Shown here piece after piece: positions 49,291 through 59,443 of a DNA stretch of 64,000 nt. Source of the DNA: Candidatus Latescibacterota bacterium (GTDB taxonomy: Bacteria; Latescibacterota; UBA2968; UBA8231); NCBI GenBank assembly GCA_965197905.1, contig CBDAOB010000003.1, forward strand, positions 480,001 through 544,000. Direction: 5' to 3'. The number at the start of each line of letters is the position of its first letter. The first letter of the stretch is position 1. A program made the position numbers and the translations under genes. The notes below the pieces were generated by a model. That model made no database searches, had not been told where the DNA came from, and worked only from the letters and a program-made list of their open reading frames with translations.

Positions 49291-49512
49291 CTTGAATGTG
49301 TGTGGATTCTTCGGCCTGATAGAACTCAAGATAATAGCTAAAGTGCGTAACTTGATCACAATCCACGGAACTTACAGACTTTGAGGCGACCTAGCTCGAT
49401 GTCAGGTTCTGGTTTCCGCGTCTCGCCAAGGTATGCGGTCGGTGAGCAGAAGCACTTGCCTATCTCATGAACTCTCTATCCTGCGTTTGCATTCGGGCAG
49501 AGGAAGACATCG

Positions 49513-50844
49513 TTGAGACTTAATCTTCGTGATCCTGCTATCAGACGCGAGATCCGCGCGGGCGCCACCACCTTCGTGACCATGGCTTACATCATCGTGG
49601 TCAATCCGCTGATTCTGGCAGAAGCTGGAATGCCCAAGGATGCGGTCATGGTGGCAACCTGCCTTGCCGCGGCCTTGGGGTCCTTCCTCATGGGTTGGCT
49701 GGCCAACTACCCGTTCGCGCTTGCTCCAGGCATGGGGCTGAACGCGTTCTTCGTCTATACGGTAGTACTGGGAATGGGAATTCCGTGGCAGGGGGCGCTG
49801 GCGGCGGTATTCATCTCGGGGCTGGTTTTCCTAATTCTGACCCTCACTCGAGCCCGGGAGGCAATCATAAATGCTATTCCCATGAGCCTGAAATACGCCG
49901 TAAGCGTCGGCATAGGTCTGTTCATCGCACTCATCGGCTTGAAGAATGCCGGCCTGATCGTTTTCAACCCGGGCACCGGCAGTATGGGGATGGTGAACGG
50001 GCGTTACTTCAGCGATCCCGCTTTGATGGCCTTCCTCCCTTCCGGCACTTCGGTTGCCACAGTGGGCCTGGCCCTTGCAGGTTTATTGATTACCGGGGCA
50101 TTGGTAGTTCTCAAGGTGCGGGGCGCTTTGCTGTGGGGGATTCTGGCGACCTTTGTTCTGGGCATTCCCGCCGGCGTGGTTGCCACGGACGACTTGAGCA
50201 TCGTTGGCCTGCCCACGGGCCTCAGCCAAACCCTGTTCGCGTGGGATTTCCAGGCGGTCTTTGGCATCGGGCTAGTGACCATCATCTTCACGTTCACCTT
50301 CGTCGACCTGTTCGACACCGTCGGCACCCTCGTCGGGGTGGCGAGCAAGGCAGAGATGATGGACGAGAACGGGCATTTGCCGCGTGCCAACCGGGCCCTT
50401 TTGGCGGACTCGATTGCTACTATGGCCGGTGCTGCACTGGGCACTAGCACCACCACCACCTACATCGAAAGTGCCGCCGGGGTTGCAGAAGGGGGGCGCA
50501 CCGGACTTACCGCCATCACCACCGGGGTTCTCTTTCTCATTGCTTTGATCTTTGCGCCCCTGGTTCAACTCATACCGACAGCAGCAACGGCGCCGGTGCT
50601 GATCATCGTCGGAATCTTTCTGATGGAGCCGGTGCGACGCATTGATTTCAGCGATTACGCCGTCGCCATTCCGGCATTCTTCACGATCGTCATGATGCCC
50701 CTGGCGTTCAGTATCGCCGAAGGCATCGTCGCCGGCATCCTCGCCTTCACGTTTCTCCGCGCGGTTTGCGGGCGCGCCGGCGAAATCAACCTCACCCTCT
50801 GGATTCTTACCCTCTTGTTTCTGCTGCGGTTCTGGTTTGTTTGA
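49513..50844 (+). CDS. NCS2/AzgA family nucleobase (purine) permease
   Basis: E.RAG.TTFVTMAYIIVVNP.IL, LAPGMGLNAFF, DLFDT.GTL, YIESAAGVAEGGRTGLTA. Confidence 0.93.
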   Translation: MRLNLRDPAIRREIRAGATTFVTMAYIIVVNPLILAEAGMPKDAVMVATCLAAALGSFLMGWLANYPFALAPGMGLNAFFVYTVVLGMGIPWQGALAAVFISGLVFLILTLTRAREAIINAIPMSLKYAVSVGIGLFIALIGLKNAGLIVFNPGTGSMGMVNGRYFSDPALMAFLPSGTSVATVGLALAGLLITGALVVLKVRGALLWGILATFVLGIPAGVVATDDLSIVGLPTGLSQTLFAWDFQAVFGIGLVTIIFTFTFVDLFDTVGTLVGVASKAEMMDENGHLPRANRALLADSIATMAGAALGTSTTTTYIESAAGVAEGGRTGLTAITTGVLFLIALIFAPLVQLIPTAATAPVLIIVGIFLMEPVRRIDFSDYAVAIPAFFTIVMMPLAFSIAEGIVAGILAFTFLRAVCGRAGEINLTLWILTLLFLLRFWFV

Positions 50845-50932
50845 GACTCGGAGGCCGGCGAGACCAAGGAATTGACCATGCCGTTAAGCGGAAGAGGATG
50901 TTGGAGAGCTTCGCCGGCGTTGGGTCGGCGGA

Positions 50933-52413
50933 TCAGACGTGCTCCAGGTAGGCGGCGTACAAATAGGCGGCGTCCCATCCCCGACCCTCCCAGGTTACCC
51001 TTAAACGGATCGGATCCGTCAGACCGCTCAGCCGATCGCGTTCCGCCACGTCACGTCCTGGCGCAATCCAGATTCGGCCAACGACACACAGGCGTCTCCG
51101 GAATAGCCGTCGATAGGTCTTAGCTGAAGATCCAGGAGTTCCACTCGTAGCTGCGCTTCAGCCGACAGACCATCGGCGTTCAAAAACACGCGCGTTGGCT
51201 TGTCGCCCAAGCGAACGGGACAGGAGATGAAGTGCGGCGAGGTCCTCTCGAACGTGATCCCCACCGCTGCCAAACCGGCATCCTTCCCCAGGTGCTGTTT
51301 TGGGTCGGGCACCACTTCGAAGTATCCGAGGCGGTCTCGGGGCCAGCGGGAGACACAGACGAATCCACCGCGCCAGGGCGCGTACCAGAACAGGGTCTCG
51401 TCGCCCATGTTCTCGAAACCCTGCCCCTGCTCGAGACACGGCTGGGGATGGGCATGGACCGGGTCGCGGTAGTCGACCTCGTAGGCGGAAACCAGCTGGA
51501 AGTCCGGGATAGGCTCCGCGAACTGCAGGCCGTCGTTACTGACCACGAGCCCCAGATCCATGGAGACAAAGGAGCGGTCGTTGCTCTCCCCGTGCCAGGC
51601 CCCGTATACGCCAATCACCACGTTGCCTCTGTTCCACAAGCTCGCACCGAGATGAACTTGCTCCCCCGCATGAGGACCGGACAACTGTTTGTAGGGCGGG
51701 ACGTCGCGCCGCAGCCCCACCGCCACCGCGTCGGACCAGTGGTCGAAGTCGTAGGAGATGTAGGTCACCAGCGCCCGTTTCGAACCGATGTTGCCACCCT
51801 GGCCATTCATGTAATAGCAGCCGTTGAACTTCATCAGGCCGCCCGGCTCGATGGCATTGTGTTTGAGGATTGGATTGTGGGGTGACTCGGTCCAGGTCAA
51901 GCCGTCGGGGCTGAAGGCGGCGATGATGTGAAACGGATGGATCTCGCTGATTAACTTGAATCGGCGTTCCGGGTCCGGATCTTCCGGATCGTAGAGCACC
52001 AGCAGGGCACTAATCGACTCGCGGTGAGGGCTTTCGAACTGCACCAGATTGTTCCGCTTGTTGCCGTTGAATTCTACCATGCCCAGCTCCGGTTTTTCCC
52101 AATGGAGTCCGTCCTGACTGACGGCATAGCAGATGTGTCGGCCCTGTTTTTCTCCTTCCTCTTCGCCGACCCCGATGTACCACATCCGCAGCTCATCGCC
52201 GATGCGGATAACCGTACCATAGAATTTTATGTCAAGGTGATCCGGAGCCTCGGGGCCGCCTGGCTCCAATACCCTCGGATGAGGTTTGTACGGATTGGTC
52301 GAAGTCACCAGTCCCGGCTGCAGACGATAACGGAGAGGTACGGATCGACTGTCGAAGGGAAAGAGAACCGCTTCTTCCAGATCGAGAGGTGGTCCTCCGT
52401 TTTCAAGGATCAT
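50933..52413 (-). CDS. Beta-propeller glycoside hydrolase-like protein, frameshifted near 51043
   Basis: Same family as 44021/45570 (LFPFD, ELRMWY, SQDGLHWEKP, GEQVH, RDRLG). Adding one G (TGG CGG (G)AA) restores WRERDRLSG...IRLRVTWEG...LYAAYLEHV*, which matches the paralog C-termini. Confidence 0.72.
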
Positions 52414-52683
52414 CGTTGTTCTCCAATCTCATTCCGCGCTGCCCGGATCCATAGAACGCATCGTCTATCTCTACCGCAGGAAACAAGGAGGCTAGGGCAA
52501 ATAAAAACCCTTACCGTTGGTTGTGACAAGTCGCAACCAAGGCAAGTAGCGCGAATGCCAACAGGGCGGGATTGGAGCCGACACGTTGGCGCCCACTCTC
52601 CTCATTGTCCTATATTCACACACCTTTTCACAAATTGCGTTCGAGTCTATGGGGTGTTTACCCAATTTGTCAAGGAGGGTTCG

Positions 52684-53625
52684 ATGACCCCGGAAGAAAT
52701 CCTGTCCCACCCTGCTCAAGTGCTCACTCAGGAGCAGCGACACTTCTACTTCGACAACGGCTACCTGCTCGTCGAGAGCATCGTACCGGATGACTGGGTT
52801 GATCGCTTACTCGCCGTCACCAATGAGATGGTCGATCACAGCCGATCGATCGAGAAGTCGGATGCCATCTTCGACCTCGAGCCGGGCCACACGGCGGACG
52901 AGCCTCGCTTGCGCCGCCTCACCAGCCCGGTCGAGCAACATCCGACCTACTGGGAGTTTGCGTCTCAGTCGATCGTCGCCGATATCGCTGCGGACCTGGT
53001 CGGTCCGAACGTCAAGTTTCACCACTCGAAGCTGAATTTCAAATGGGCCCGTGGCGGCGAGGAGGTGAAGTGGCACCAGGACATCACCTATTGGCCCCAC
53101 ACCAATTACACCCCACTGACCATTGGCACCTACCTGCATGACGTCGGTGACGATCAGGGCCCGCTGGGCGCCATTGCCGGCAGCCACAACGGGCGGCTGT
53201 TCGATCAATATTCCAATGGAAATTGGGTGGGATGCCTGAGCGAAAACGACGCGCGAGGTATCGATGCGGACAAAGTGGAGTATCTCCCTGGCCCTGCGGG
53301 CTCAGTCACGATTCATAACTGCCGCGTTATTCATGGCTCCAAACCGAATCTCTCCGACCGGGGACGGCCCCTGCTCTTGAATATCTACTCCTCAGCTGAT
53401 GCTTTCACCTACACCGCTAACCCATTGCCTAGCCGCTACGAGGGCACCATCGTCCGTGGACAGGCAGCGCTGTGGGCACATCATGACGAGCGCTCCTGCC
53501 TGGTGCCGCCGGATTGGTCCGGGGGGTATACGTCATTATACGCGATGCAGCAAGGAGAGAACTGGGAAGAGGAGCAGCTGAAGAAGGTGTCGGAGCAGAC
53601 CCAGCAGATGCGTGCCGGGGAGTGA
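52684..53625 (+). CDS. PhyH family Fe(II)/2OG dioxygenase (ectoine-hydroxylase-like)
   Basis: AAGGAGG RBS, SKLNFK, WHQD, GPL..IAGSH, IHGS.PN.S..RP. Confidence 0.88.
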   Translation: MTPEEILSHPAQVLTQEQRHFYFDNGYLLVESIVPDDWVDRLLAVTNEMVDHSRSIEKSDAIFDLEPGHTADEPRLRRLTSPVEQHPTYWEFASQSIVADIAADLVGPNVKFHHSKLNFKWARGGEEVKWHQDITYWPHTNYTPLTIGTYLHDVGDDQGPLGAIAGSHNGRLFDQYSNGNWVGCLSENDARGIDADKVEYLPGPAGSVTIHNCRVIHGSKPNLSDRGRPLLLNIYSSADAFTYTANPLPSRYEGTIVRGQAALWAHHDERSCLVPPDWSGGYTSLYAMQQGENWEEEQLKKVSEQTQQMRAGE

Positions 53626-53777
53626 CGCTTCGGAAAAGACGAGGCCTCGGTCCGACTTACTTCAGACCATGTGAGCATCTGCGGCGTGGTCTGCCCCCAC
53701 TCCGTACCCTTCGGCCTCGTTGTTCGCTCAAATCCGAGTTATCCTTCCACCTCAAGTCTCGTCGATGAATAGCTCCT

Positions 53778-54998
53778 TCATCGTGGACTTTCGGTTTTGA
53801 CCACGAGTTCGCGGGGGCTACTCGTCAGCACCTCGCAACCAGCATCGGTAACGACCGTTGTCTCACTGAACGCCACACCGTACTGACCCAGTCGGCGGAG
53901 AGCAACTGGGTGGTGGAACACCATTCCCGGCTGCAGAATCGTTTCGACACCTGACTCGATGGCAACCGTGCCGTCCCCCCAGGTTGGCGGAAAACCAGCA
54001 CCAACTGCGTACCCGAAATTACCGTGAAAAACATAGTCCTTGCCGGCCTCCCTCATTCCTTGCCAGCCGGCTTGAGCGACGGCGTCGGCGGCTATTCCCG
54101 GTCGGATGGTTTTCAAGACGTTGTTCAGCGCCTGTATACAGGCGTCAGCCATCTTTCTTGCTTCGGCCGGCGGCTCGCCAATCGATATTGTTCGCATCGT
54201 CGGAGCCGTGTAGCGTTGCACGCAGGCCCCCATCTCGAGGAGCACTACGTCGCCATGGCACAAACGATTTCGCTTGTGCGTAGAGTGCAGAATACCTGAA
54301 CGACGGCCGGATGTAACTATCGGCGAGAGACACATATACTCGCTTCCGGCCGCGATCATGGCTTGAGATGCCGCAGCAGCCAGATCGTTATCCGAGGCCT
54401 CTTCTCGCGCAGCATCAATAGCAGCCGCGATTCCTGCATTGGTCATTCGTGCGGCGGTTCGAATATGTTCAATCTCAGCCGATGATTTTATCGTCTTCAC
54501 GACCTCAACCAATCCGGAACCGTCTACCAGCGCCGCCTTTGGCAACTCTGTCCGGAGATGAACCAAAAATTGGGCCGGCACCCCCTGGGTGCTTTTCTCG
54601 ACACCGATGCGGACATCGGAAAGCTTCTTGTCGCGAAGAACGGTCGCCAGGTAACTCTCGCGGCTGCTCTCTGGGGGGTAACATGCCTGGTCTTCGATCC
54701 AGGAGTGCAGCAGCGCTCCCCCTAGCTCGGGAGGATGCACGACAAGGGTTGGTTCACCTTCCAACGGAAGGATCAGACACTCACCCCCGTAGTTCGAGAA
54801 GGTCTGGAAGCCGGAGAGGTACAGGACATTCGGAGGATAGGTCACGAGCAGGGCGTCAATTCCAGATTCACTCATGCCCTTTGTGACGCTGCTGGCACGC
54901 TCGCGGTACTCCGGAACCGAGAACGCCAACTCCCTCGGCAGGTCACCGAGCAATGCGGTAGTAAACCGACCCCCACGCATACTTTTGTGAAGCTGCAT
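53778..54998 (-). CDS. M24 family peptidase/amidohydrolase (creatinase N-domain, DoeA/EutD-like)
   Basis: FSVPEYRER, NVLYLSGF, IKSSAEI, SG.RS..LH, GYAVGAGFPPTWG, LQPGMVFH, FSET. Confidence 0.85.
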   Translation of the reverse strand: MQLHKSMRGGRFTTALLGDLPRELAFSVPEYRERASSVTKGMSESGIDALLVTYPPNVLYLSGFQTFSNYGGECLILPLEGEPTLVVHPPELGGALLHSWIEDQACYPPESSRESYLATVLRDKKLSDVRIGVEKSTQGVPAQFLVHLRTELPKAALVDGSGLVEVVKTIKSSAEIEHIRTAARMTNAGIAAAIDAAREEASDNDLAAAASQAMIAAGSEYMCLSPIVTSGRRSGILHSTHKRNRLCHGDVVLLEMGACVQRYTAPTMRTISIGEPPAEARKMADACIQALNNVLKTIRPGIAADAVAQAGWQGMREAGKDYVFHGNFGYAVGAGFPPTWGDGTVAIESGVETILQPGMVFHHPVALRRLGQYGVAFSETTVVTDAGCEVLTSSPRELVVKTESPR

Positions 54999-55471
54999 AT
55001 TGCTCAATCCGCGCTGTTGGGCATTGGTCGAGAACCGGATGGATTGCTCGGAGAAGTGAACTACGATCGCGTCAGTGGACGCCGCTCATTCATTCCACCT
55101 CATCGCTCTGCGAGGCTTGTGCTCACCCTGACCCGCGGGTCGATAGTCGGTCAAGCAGGTAGTGCCCGCCGCGACGATCTCCGTTCCAGCCAACTCCTGC
55201 CGGACGTGGACTTTCAGCTACCATATGACAAGCTGGTTGCCGCAACCGCTTTGAAAGGGTAAAAGCAATAGCAAAGTCTACCTCAACGCGCAAGAGGGGA
55301 CGGAACGGCCGCCAATACGAGCAGGAGTTGATATGCCAGGGAACGGTTTGGCTGAGGGAAAGTGGAACAGCCCACGCGGGCGCACCAGAGCGCGACGCAA
55401 CCGTTACCGGAGAGAAGCTGTGAACATATAACGATCGGACCGTCGCCGTCCGATCCGTCGGCTGCGCGTCG

Positions 55472-56980
55472 TTAAGGAGGCTCGGGAGAGTCGAGGCGAA
55501 CGGACGTTGATGGCAGCCAGATCGTGAAACGTGAGCCGGAGCCGGGGGCACTGCTTACGGTTATGCGGCCCCCCATCAATTCGCAGAAGCGCTTCGTAAT
55601 CGCCAAGCCTAGTCCGGTCCCTCCGTACTTTCGAGTAGTCGACGAGTCGGCCTGCGAAAAGGGATCGTAAATAGTTTCAATCTGGCTTGGGGTCATACCG
55701 ATTCCGGTGTCTTCGACCTCGATTTGGAGCCAGCCCTCATCCCTATCATCGCGCTTCACGCGCAGCCAGATCGTCCCCGAGTTGGTGAACTTCGCGGCAT
55801 TGGAAAGTAGGTTGTAAAAGATTTGAAGCAGCTTGGTCCTGTCCGCATGTATCGATCCCAGGTCGGTCGCAATTTCCAGTTCAAGCGTGTTCCCGTTCTG
55901 GTCCACCAACGGTCGACTCGTGGCTACAGCCTCATCCACGACACCGTTTAGATCGAAACTTTCCGGCGAGAGTTCCATGCGCCCCGCCTCGATCTTGGAC
56001 AGATCAAGGACGTCATCGATGAGTCCGAGAAGATGCTTCCCCGCCTGGCCGATTTTCTCGAGATCACTGACGAAGCTTTCAAGCTCCTCGTCTCTGGCGT
56101 CGTCCACCAGCATTTCGCTGTACCCGATGATGGCGTTGAGCGGGGTGCGCAATTCGTGGCTCATGTTGGCTACAAACTCGCTCTTAGAACGGTTCGCGGC
56201 TTCGGCTTCCATGTGCGCCCGCATGGCGATCTCCGCTTCCTGCTCAGCTCTGGACGTCTTTCGCATCCCTGACAACAATAGAGCAAGCAAGCCAAGACCG
56301 GCGCCGGCACCGGCCACCAAAACCGCGGCTGTCCCTGCCAATCCGGCACGCGTTAGCTCCGTGGCTGTCGTCATCGGTACCGACACTTCGAGCACGCCGC
56401 GAACATCTCCGAGGCCCCAATCCACCTTCGGAGAGTCGGGATGCGTGTTGTGGCAGTTCACGCAGGAGCCGCGCAGGACGTCAGCGGTGGCGAACCTCAG
56501 CGTACGGGTTCCTCCAGTCTCATCGATTTGCGTTATCGGCTTGCCGGGAACCTCATTCAGCGTCTTCCAGGCAATGCGGGCGAACTCATCCTTCAGGCCA
56601 CCGGTCTCCTGCCGCCATGGGAATGGATGGGCGCTGTAGAGTTGGACCTGCGCTCCGCTTTGCACACCTATCCGACGTCCCAGCTCCATACTCAGCGTTG
56701 CAGGTAGCGGAATAGCATGTTCGTTCATGAGATAGTCATGGGTAATCTCGATGCCCTGGCGCCGGACGCGGTTTACTACTTCAGCGGTGTAGACAGTCCG
56801 AAATTCCCTGATCGCGGCCGAGACGATGCGCGCAGACTGCAATGCGCTCGCTTCGCTCAAGCTATCGCTTTGTTGCTTTAGACGCAGCAGGATAAGCGAC
56901 GCCGCCACCAAAGCGAAAATGCTCATGAGGACAACGGGATGTACCTGAAACGAGCGGCTGAAAACGGACCAGAAGCGCAT
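55472..56980 (-). CDS. Sensor histidine kinase with periplasmic heme-c (DUF3365/Tll0287-like) domain
   Basis: TM helix, [21 protein letters not shown] (CxxCH), [11 protein letters not shown], second [26 protein letters not shown]. No receiver domain. Confidence 0.88.
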   Translation of the reverse strand: MRFWSVFSRSFQVHPVVLMSIFALVAASLILLRLKQQSDSLSEASALQSARIVSAAIREFRTVYTAEVVNRVRRQGIEITHDYLMNEHAIPLPATLSMELGRRIGVQSGAQVQLYSAHPFPWRQETGGLKDEFARIAWKTLNEVPGKPITQIDETGGTRTLRFATADVLRGSCVNCHNTHPDSPKVDWGLGDVRGVLEVSVPMTTATELTRAGLAGTAAVLVAGAGAGLGLLALLLSGMRKTSRAEQEAEIAMRAHMEAEAANRSKSEFVANMSHELRTPLNAIIGYSEMLVDDARDEELESFVSDLEKIGQAGKHLLGLIDDVLDLSKIEAGRMELSPESFDLNGVVDEAVATSRPLVDQNGNTLELEIATDLGSIHADRTKLLQIFYNLLSNAAKFTNSGTIWLRVKRDDRDEGWLQIEVEDTGIGMTPSQIETIYDPFSQADSSTTRKYGGTGLGLAITKRFCELMGGRITVSSAPGSGSRFTIWLPSTSVRLDSPEPP

Positions 56981-56993
56981 GATGATTTAACTC

Positions 56994-57033
56994 GTTGTAA
57001 GTTCTACTCTCTGGTTGTAAGTTCTACTCTCTG
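56994..57033. repeat. Perfect 20-bp tandem duplication (GTTGTAAGTTCTACTCTCTG x2)
   Basis: 56994-57013 and 57014-57033 are identical and span the 3' end of the 57004..58131 gene. Confidence 0.95.
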
Positions 57034-58131
57034 ATAGTTGAAGCAGTAGTATGGTTTGCGCTCGTTCACGGTCTGAAAATCGGTCCATACCAGCCAGAAC
57101 GACTTTCCGTCTGGGGCGATCCACTTAGGTGAAATCTGCGGTTGATATGCCCTTGCCGCCGAATCGCCCTCCGGCACCCACTCTACCTCCTCGTGTACCT
57201 GGGTCCAGGCCCCCCACGGCTCCTTTGCCATCCACAACCCTAGGTATGACGGTTTTCCGAACCACATGCCGTCCTCGTAACATCCCATCCCCCAGTTGAG
57301 CATCATATACTCTCCCATCGCGGCGTTGTAGACGACGCTTGGGTGCCATGCGTACGGATGAACCGTGGTGTTCACCCATCCGCTGGGAAAAGTATGCACC
57401 ACTCCCCGCTTCTCAATGTCGGAGCTCCAGCATGCGGTACCGTCCTCGTTGTGCGCCGCGAAAAACTCGTAACGCTTGCGATCCAATAGACCGTCCCGCG
57501 GAACCCGAAACATGACCAGCTGATTCATGTCTCCTTCCAGATTTCCGTTCGGCGCATAGACGTATACATAGCCGTCTACGTTGGCGGAATAGTTTTGACC
57601 CATCTGAAGCACGGTCAGCAATGAAAAGGTTTCGCCCGGTTCTTCGAAGAAGACCATGTTGCTGCGGTTGCGATCCTCCCAGTCCTCCCATCGGAGTTCC
57701 GAACCGTCCTGATTCTTCCAAGTATCTCCCCCGTTCGGGGAGTAGATTAGCTTGGCTCCGGCAAAGCGTGCCCCGGCAATGGAAAACGGCGTGTTCGGCG
57801 TACTCAGAAACTGATAGACGTGGTCGTCCAGGGCGATGATTCCGAATCCGTAATACCGATTTAACAGGTCCGGCCGCCTGCTCAACAGGTCGGGGAAACC
57901 CGGTAGATGTTCGAACTCCGGCGTGGGGGGCTCGCCGTGGATCTTGAAAACCCGGCTGTTGTAACCTTTGGAGACGTGGCCGCGAATCTCGGGCCATCCC
58001 GAGCCGTCGCACAGACCTACAAACTGCGAACCGTCAGCAGCCCAGGTCATGTGCCAGTTGTCGCCGGCACTCTGACCACCGAGCCGGCCAGTGGTCTCCT
58101 GTAATCGGCGCATTCCCAAAACCTTGGCCAT
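57004..58131 (-). CDS. Uncharacterised beta-propeller protein (DUF4185-like)
   Basis: GDNWHMTWA.DG, YS.NGG.TW, QMGQNY...DGYVYVY, YEFF, PSVVYN, EPWG.W, KW..PDG. Confidence 0.6.
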   Translation of the reverse strand: MAKVLGMRRLQETTGRLGGQSAGDNWHMTWAADGSQFVGLCDGSGWPEIRGHVSKGYNSRVFKIHGEPPTPEFEHLPGFPDLLSRRPDLLNRYYGFGIIALDDHVYQFLSTPNTPFSIAGARFAGAKLIYSPNGGDTWKNQDGSELRWEDWEDRNRSNMVFFEEPGETFSLLTVLQMGQNYSANVDGYVYVYAPNGNLEGDMNQLVMFRVPRDGLLDRKRYEFFAAHNEDGTACWSSDIEKRGVVHTFPSGWVNTTVHPYAWHPSVVYNAAMGEYMMLNWGMGCYEDGMWFGKPSYLGLWMAKEPWGAWTQVHEEVEWVPEGDSAARAYQPQISPKWIAPDGKSFWLVWTDFQTVNERKPYYCFNYQRVELTTRE

Positions 58132-58205
58132 GGCTTCTCCTATTTACCTTTAAACCCGGGTGGACCACTTATTGTGCGCGGCGTCGAGTTAAGCACCCGG
58201 ATCAC

Positions 58206-59258
58206 TCAATTCACGCGAACCCGCGACACGAAGATATCGCAACCTTGCTCGAAGTAGTACTCGGCGGCATCGGTGTAGCCGGAATAGGTTTCGCCGTGGA
58301 TCTCGCGCTCAACGGTTACCGGCCGAAAGCTTAGCCCGGGGCGATCGACCCCTCCGTAGTAAACCACCAGCACCTCGTCGTCCCGTTCGGGAACCGCGAT
58401 CATCCCAGGATAACCGCAGTCACCGTCAGGGTACAGAATGAGCGGATCGCCGAAGGCGCCGTTCTCATAAGCGCGCAGCGTGGTTTGGCGTCCCGGTTCG
58501 GAAAGCCATTCTACCCCTGCCATGAGCAGCCTGCCGCTGGCTCGAGCGAGCACCGGCGAGTGTACGACGAATCCCAGTTCTTCCGTACGCCATTCGGTGT
58601 AAGGCGAATGCGCCCAACGCAAGGTATCCAGGTTTCGAAAGTTGCCGCTCTCCCGGGGCGAGAGTCCTAGAGAGACCGCCTCCCCGTCGTCGTCGAAGAG
58701 CAGATCGGGCTGGCTGCCGTACCATCGCGCCACCTCCTGCCACCGAACCGAGTCATCGCTGCGCAGAAGCCAGATGTCGCGGTTGCGCTCGTAGGAGATC
58801 TCGAAGACTGCGGCGTAGAGGTCCCCATTGTGCACCTGTGCGCGCCACAGAAACACCCCCCGTTCAAATATGGGCTGTGGTTCCGACCAGATCAGGCCAT
58901 CCGGCGAGTGCATGATGAAGGCTTGAGAGGTTGAGGCTCTGCCCAGAGGCGCCGCAATGTGAGGATCTGCTTGCATTGCCATGTGCACCACCGCCCACAG
59001 CTCCTCCCGCCATACGAAGAACTTGGCGGGGCCAGATCCCATGAGCTGGAGCTTGTCCAGGGGTGCGATCCCCCGCGGCTTTTCCCACTCTCCGGCCGTG
59101 AGATCGGTCGAGCGGGCATAAACCGGTCGATGTCCCGGCTGAGCATGCCACCAGCCGCTCTTGAAGAAGACATACCACCGGTTCTGGAATACCGCCAGAT
59201 CCGTCCAAGCGTTGTGATGACCGTCGCCGAATACCTTCTTTGTCTCTACCAGTTCCAT
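58206..59258 (-). CDS. BNR/Asp-box beta-propeller (exo-sialidase-like) protein
   Basis: HNAWTDL..F, SPDGLIWS, LWR, SDD..RW, GDCGYPG, VVYY. Confidence 0.65.
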   Translation of the reverse strand: MELVETKKVFGDGHHNAWTDLAVFQNRWYVFFKSGWWHAQPGHRPVYARSTDLTAGEWEKPRGIAPLDKLQLMGSGPAKFFVWREELWAVVHMAMQADPHIAAPLGRASTSQAFIMHSPDGLIWSEPQPIFERGVFLWRAQVHNGDLYAAVFEISYERNRDIWLLRSDDSVRWQEVARWYGSQPDLLFDDDGEAVSLGLSPRESGNFRNLDTLRWAHSPYTEWRTEELGFVVHSPVLARASGRLLMAGVEWLSEPGRQTTLRAYENGAFGDPLILYPDGDCGYPGMIAVPERDDEVLVVYYGGVDRPGLSFRPVTVEREIHGETYSGYTDAAEYYFEQGCDIFVSRVRVN

Positions 59259-59443
59259 GGCTCACTTCCTAATTCCTCACTCTAAGGTTGGAACAGCGAG
59301 TTGATCTTGCGGTACAAACGATCGCACGAACTACGCAGGCCAAGGACATGCGCCCAGAAGAAACGGCAGCTGGGCAGGCTTAACTTTGGCGAAATCATCA
59401 CTATTTTCAAGCTCTCTCTGTAGAATTCACTTAATTTGTGGGT

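Noticed and set aside
49360..49512. Purine or ZTP riboswitch upstream of the NCS2 permease
   Set aside because: I could not find the conserved cores (e.g. purine TTTCTACC/CCGTAAA) by eye. An Rfam scan would be needed to exclude other classes.
52024..52683. 220-aa N-terminal extension of the PhyH ORF
   Set aside because: It overlaps the opposite-strand propeller gene and the intergenic region. The AAGGAGG RBS marks the start at 52684.
38436..53625. Fe/2OG halogenase among the PhyH genes
   Set aside because: All four keep the HxD carboxylate, whereas halogenases have HxA or HxG.
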